DNA of 64,000 nucleotides from Selaginella moellendorffii (Eukaryota; Plantae; Lycopodiophyta): NCBI RefSeq assembly GCF_000143415.4, contig NW_003314316.1, positions 515,220 to 579,219 of the forward strand, read 5' to 3'. Shown piece by piece: positions 58,329 to 64,000 of this stretch (position 1 is its first letter; each line of letters starts with the position of its first letter). The notes under the pieces were generated by a model. It saw only the letters and a program-made list of their open reading frames with translations, ran no database searches and was not told where the DNA came from. The position numbers and the translations under genes were made by a program.

Positions 58329-61300
58329 ATGTACACCACGGTGGGGCGCTTGAGCAGCTACATCTCACAGGGCGTCTACACAGTCTCGGGGCCATTCCAT
58401 CCCTTTGGAGGCGCGGTCGATATCGTGGTCGTGGAGCAGCCAGACGGGAGTTTCAAATCCACGCCATGGTATGTCAAGTTTGGAAAATTCCAGGGGGTTC
58501 TCAAGCGCAGGGAGAAGACTGTGACGGTGGGTGTCAACGATGTAGATGCGAGCTTTCACATGTATCTGGATCACAAGGGAGAGGCTTACTTCCTCGAGGA
58601 TGCATCCGACGACGATGAGAAGCAGCCTTTTTCTCCTCCAAGCGGGCCTTCGTCCGGGGACGAGGGGCATGAATTGGCTCTCGAGTATCACAAGTTGGTG
58701 GATCAAGGGATTGGCGGGGATGGAAACGATTCGGCGAGCGATGTAGAGGAAGTAGTGGTTTTGAATTCCAGCGAGACCAGTAGTGATAGTTTAGGCGGGG
58801 TGGCGAAGCCTCATGAAGATGGAGCTCGGACGAATTTACTCGGGCTCCAGGAGGAGGCTTTGGGGATTGCCTCGTCGGGGGCGACGACGACGACGACACC
58901 AGCGGCGGCTCTTTTTGCAAACACCGCGCTGATGGCGATTGAGAGAGTCGCGGGGAAGCCGGTGGAAAATGGAGAGGTGCATGCCTCTTCTCCCGACGTT
59001 TTGGAAGTTGACCAAGCTGAGAAGAAGGAAGTGCATGCCGAGAATGGAGAAGTTCCTTCTCCCGACGTTTTGGAAGTTGATCAAGCTGAGAAGAAGGAAG
59101 GGGATGCCGAGAATGGAGAAGTTTCTTCTCCCGATGTTTTGGAGGTTGATCAAGCTGAGAAGAAGGGAGGGCATGCCGAGAATGGAGAGGTTTCTTCTCC
59201 TGACGTTTTGGAAGTTGATCAATCTGAGAAGAAGGAAGGGCATGCTGAGAATGGAGAAGTTTCTTCTCCCGACGTTTTGGAAGTTGATCAAGCTGAGGCG
59301 AAGGAAGGGCATGCCGAGAATGGAGAAGTTTCCTCTCCCGACGTTTTGGAAGTTGATCAAGCTGAGGCGAAGGAAGGGCATGCCGAGAATGGAGAAGTTT
59401 CCTCTCCCGACGTTTTGGAAGTTGATCAAGCTGAGAAGAAGGAAGAGCAGATATCTGTGACGTCGCTGAGCTCGAGGAACGGCGACTACGTGATGAATTC
59501 TTACGAGGTCACGCGGGCTGTTGATAGGAGCTACATCATAACAGGAACTTCAAAGGAAGAGGTGCAAAAGAAAGCTATGGAGTTGGAGAAAGAGGTGGCT
59601 GGGTTAGATATGAAGCTTGTCAGTGAGGAAGGTTCGCCTCACTCCGAGGCCCTGAGTGAAGGGATTCGGAAGGATGGTGAAGCGAGCGTGGTGGAGGTAA
59701 CCAATTCCGTTCAAGACATTGCGGGGACCTTGATATCTGAGGTGCCCGATGTGCAGGAGATTGCATCGAAGGAAGAAGTGATATCCGAGTTACCCGATGA
59801 GCAGGAGATTGCGTCGACTACTTCCAAGGAAAAAGTGATATCCGATGAGCAGGAGATTGCATCGACTACTTTCAAGGATAAAGTAATATCTGAGGTACCC
59901 GATGAGCAGGAGATTGCATCGACTACTTTCAAGGGAGCAGTGCAGGAAGCCACCGACTTGGCGACAAGCTCGGATAAGAGTTTGACCGGCTTTGAGGGGA
60001 GCTCGTCGTCTAAGGTCTTGGAGGAACAGGAAAACGCATCGACTGATGTGATACCTGTTAATGTGACCGAGGTAGCAGAAGAACAGGTTGTCAGCTCGAA
60101 TGGGGCCGGAACTGAAGACGAGAAGAAAAGCTCGCCGGATAAAGTGGAGACCACGTCGATAGACGCGATCATTACCGAGCCTTCCGATGATGAAGCTGGG
60201 GAGTTAAAGCAAAAGGATGGTGTGTTGGACAAGGCCCGCATTGAACAGGAAACTCCATCGGCCGATGCGACTGCTGCGGCAGAAGCAGCGGGATCAGCAG
60301 CAGGAGCACAGAAGCTGAAAGCAGCGCTTGATAGCAATGTTGAGAGACGAACTTGGGGGTGGTGGGTCTGGGGGGGTGGCTCTTCGAAGCCAAAGCTGGA
60401 CTCTACCACCTCCAAGGGCAAAGCTGACGAGGGAGAGGTGGTGGCCGTTACAGGAAAAGAAAGTATTGTAAACAGTAAGGTAGACCTTTCCAGCGCCGAA
60501 GTTGTACTCATGAGCGTCGATGGCCACGTGGTGGTGGCCGAGCACGACGAAACCCCACAAAAGCAAGTACAGCTTCAGGAGATTCAATCAGCTCCTGTTC
60601 AAGTCCTCGAGAAGCAGATGCTGCAAGTGAGCGAGAGCACCAGCTTGAAGGCTGGTCCGGAGTCGGCGATTGAGATCTCAGAGCAGAAGATTGTCGCGAC
60701 GGAAGCAGCGTTGCACAACTCGATTGCTACTGGGCTCATAAGAAACGGCTACTGGACCTCTTGGAAGCTCACGTCTAATAAGACGCTCATTCCCACTTCC
60801 GAGCAGCTGGCGTCGCTCAAATTGAAACCGGGCAGAAACAAGATAACATTCACGTTTACCACTCGTGTTCTCGGCAAGCAACAGGTAGGTAGTGGTGTTT
60901 TGCTCCTGCTCGTTTCTTACTGATGTTTTTTTCTGGCTTGTCTGGTTCAGGTGGATGCTCGCATTTACTTGTGGAAATGGAACACTAAAGTTGTAATATC
61001 GGACGTGGATGGGACTATTACAAAGTAAGTCTTGTCTTTGATACCACGGCTAGAAACCTGGTGATTTTTGGCTGCAGGTCCGATGTGCTTGGGCAGGTCA
61101 TGCCTTTGGTCGGCAGGGACTGGACACAAACGGGAGTTACACGTCTTTTCTCGGCCATTAAGGTTTGTATCAATCCTGTGGATTTTCCTACGAGTTTCTT
61201 ATGAGAATATCGCTGCAGGATAATGGCTACGAGCTTATATTTCTTAGCGCGAGAGCCATTTCACAGGCATACCTCACACGGCAGTTTTTGGTGAACTTAA

Positions 61301-62003
61301 AACAGGTACGAGAAGAAGCATTTTTATTTGATTATCCCGGCGCTAATTGTCTGTTTTGAGGTTTGTAGGATGGCGAGGCCCTTCCAGATGGACCAGTAGT
61401 CATCTCTCCTGACGGCTTGTTTCCTTCACTCTATAGAGAAGGTATTGTTGTCTTGCTTTTAGTGCTAACGATTGCTGGCGCTTCTCCTCTCGTGTACAGT
61501 TATACGCCGAGCTCCTCACGAGTTCAAAATTGGATGCCTTGAGGTTAGTCTTTCACTTTTGCTTTTCAATATGTACTGATGCATGCTCCTTTACTCTCAG
61601 GATATTAGAGCTTTGTTTCCCCCCGAATGTCAACCGTTTTATGCGGGATTCGGTAACAGGGACACGGACGAAATTAGCTATTTGAAAGTTGGGATACCGA
61701 AGGGGAAGATTTTCATTATAAATCCCAAGGTACGGGAACCTCCCATCGTCTTTTCCTTGATCTCAACTCTGCGTTTCAGGGGGAAGTAATTGTAAATAAC
61801 ATCTTGGACCTGAAGTCGTACACCTCGCTTCACAAGCTCGTGAATGATATGTTCCCTCCCGTAAATTTGACGGAGCGGGTAAGCTGATTTAACGCTTCTT
61901 CTGTTAAGGCGCCATCTCATGGATGTGTTTCCTGTTTGTGCAGGAGGATTTCAATTCTTGGAACTTTTGGAAGATGCCACTTCCGGATGTTGACGACCTT
62001 TGA
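58329..62003 (+). CDS. PAH: Phosphatidate phosphatase, lipin family (PAH1/PAH2-like), multi-exon
   Basis: [55 protein letters not shown], and [11 protein letters not shown]. Confidence 0.96.
58965..59448 (+). repeat. Coding tandem repeat, 7 x ~69 bp ([23 protein letters not shown])
   Basis: Seen directly in DNA and protein. Confidence 0.95.
59730..59935 (+). repeat. Second coding tandem repeat, ~4 x VISE(V/L)[10 protein letters not shown]
   Basis: Seen directly in DNA and protein. Confidence 0.85.
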
Positions 62004-62305
62004 AGGAGAAAATATTTTTTGTGAGGTACCTTGACCGGGACCCCATTTTCGCCCTCGGAAGTTGTTTGTACAGTAGAATGCACACAGATAGAAACCGCCG
62101 GCATTCGGCGGTCCGGGAGCTGTAGAAATCACGAGAAATATTCAGAGGGGCCAATAACCCAGTCACGACTGGGCTACCTACAGTATTCATCAGTAAGACG
62201 TTGCTTTCATTCTTATTTTTCTTATTTGTTTGATCGATCTTATAGTGTACAGAGTATCTTATCTGTGAGCTTTAAGCAGATGTTTGTTTATAAGTTTTTG
62301 ATCGA

Positions 62306-63733
62306 TCAGAGGGGAGATCTATGCGGAACTCCTTTCCTTCTCTTGGCACTCCTGGAGGAGCACCTCCTGGGGGGTGTTTGTGGTGAGATGGAATTGATAC
62401 TGTTGACAGTTTCTTTTGGTTCGTCCTCAGCAGCAGCAGCAGCAACAGCCATTGGTGACGACATTGAATTGTTAGAAACAGTGCTGCCGTCTGGCGAAAG
62501 TTCGTCGTCCTCTTCGATGCTGTTCTGGAGAAGAAGTTGCTGCTCGTGTTCCTGTTCATCACGAGCGGAAGGCAATCTGGTAAGTGGTCTTTTACTGGAG
62601 GAGCTCCTCGTTTTTCTCTTTTGGCCTTGAGCCGTGGTCGCTTGTCTTTGCTGTTGTTGGCTCGCTTGCGGCTTGCTAACAATGTCGTTTGCGCTTTTGT
62701 AGTGCCTCTGGATCCACTCCAACTAGAAGCAAAGGCGGGGAGAGCATCAGCGGAATAACCGATGAGATGAAGAACAGGGAAACGTAGTACCTTGCAGCCG
62801 AGCGAGCAAAACTTGAAGGTATCGAGCAAGCTTCGATCGCAAATCTCACATGTGTTTGTGACTCCCTTTGCGTGGCGTGGCTGCGGCCGCTGGTTGAGGA
62901 AGACAACGCGAGCGCTGTTGATAATGTAGGATTGGACACCGCTCAAGTCGAGACACTTTTGGATCTCCGACACGCGAATTACGTCGTGGTACGATGACCT
63001 CCGGATCTGCATGGCAGCGAAAAGAAGCAAAAAAAAAGAGGAGAGAGTTTTGATCGCGAGCTTTATAAAGTTTGCAAAGAAAGAAGCAAGGAAACGAAGA
63101 AACGCTGTGCAACAAAGCTATGGAAGAACTGAAACGAAGCTATGGAAGAATTGAAAAGCAAAGAAGCGATGTAACGAAGCTATGGAAGAATTGAAGGGAT
63201 TAGAAGGAAAGATTGATCATGGCTTGTTCCAATTGGAATCAAGATGAGAGCTCTTCACTTTGTTCGTTTATCAGCACTCATCATCTCATTGTTTTGATCG
63301 CGCGATCAAAAAGGGAATTTTGGAATTCCGGAACTCAAATCGTGGTTGGGAGTGAAATTGCGATCAATGCAGGCTGTTCTATGTGCGCTAAGCAGCGGCG
63401 AGAAAACCCACGAGCGCGATTTTGCTAAGCAAATCCCAGGATCACGTAAAAAGCACCAAGAACACCAAGAACAGGGGGAGGACACGTTTCTGGGCATTCA
63501 AATGGAGGGAGGAGGAATTTTCTTACCTGGACGATTCGGTGAGCTCGATGGTAGGACGTGCAAGCGGAGCAGAGTGGATTCTTGGCGCAGTCGAGGCAGA
63601 AGAGATTGCACTCGCATTTGCTCGATTCGGCGGAGCTGTGGATCGAGCAGGGCTCGAAGAAGGCCGCTTGGAGCAGTGGTTTGAGCCAAGCCGGACCCAT
63701 CAAATCGCTGGGCGCTACAGCAACGCTGCCCAT
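62306..63733 (-). CDS. PLATZ zinc-binding transcription factor, 3 exons
   Basis: PAWLKPLL…FF.PC..H…ECNLFCLDC…[16 protein letters not shown]…[16 protein letters not shown]…CEICDRSL…FCSLGCK, ending [11 protein letters not shown]. Confidence 0.95.
63115..63195. repeat. Short intronic tandem repeat (AAGCTATGGAAGAAYTGAA x3)
   Basis: Three copies in PLATZ intron 1. Confidence 0.75.
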
Positions 63734-64000
63734 TGCTGTCAATCCCCTGGAGAAAAAAAAAAACACAAGGAAATTTCTTAGAAAATGATCAATCGATCAC
63801 AAAACGATGAGATCGTCGAGGGAGTAGACCAAAGAAGAAGGAAAATTCCAAGCAAAGAGAAGCGCCATCGATTTGATCCTCACGTTTTTTTGTTCCTTGA
63901 CAAGAAGAGTGTGATCGTTTCCTTTTTCAAGGGGCGATTCGCGCGCTAGTACGCATTGCAATCGGATCTCCGGAGCTCCTCGCCAAGAAGCCGCGATGAG

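Overview
Compact, GC-rich plant nuclear DNA with very short introns, PLS-class PPR genes and an intronless F-box gene. This style suggests the lycophyte Selaginella (inference, not verified). Recognisable genes: a CML21-like EF-hand protein, three PPRs, an F-box, a secreted proline-rich protein, DHDPS, a subtilase, a GT90 glycosyltransferase, ESF1, plastid RPL10, an ankyrin kinase, an ARO-like ARM protein, TAF1B, lipin/PAH and a PLATZ factor. There is also a full-length but decayed Ty3/gypsy chromovirus (12911-~20132), other LTR relics and a 100-N gap. Three things stand out. (1) A duplicated head-to-head pair of paralogous, intronless genes (31.9-34.9 kb and 43.1-47.1 kb) encodes a STAND-like P-loop NTPase plus a PD-(D/E)xK/Crinkler-REase-like domain; one partner carries a PHD finger and is disabled in both copies, while the other is intact in both. 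(2) The retrotransposon integrase contains two short GT-AG introns whose removal restores conserved motifs. (3) An F-box protein has a spliced C-terminus that reads like a cullin N-terminal repeat. All family calls come from motif recognition by eye, with no database searches.
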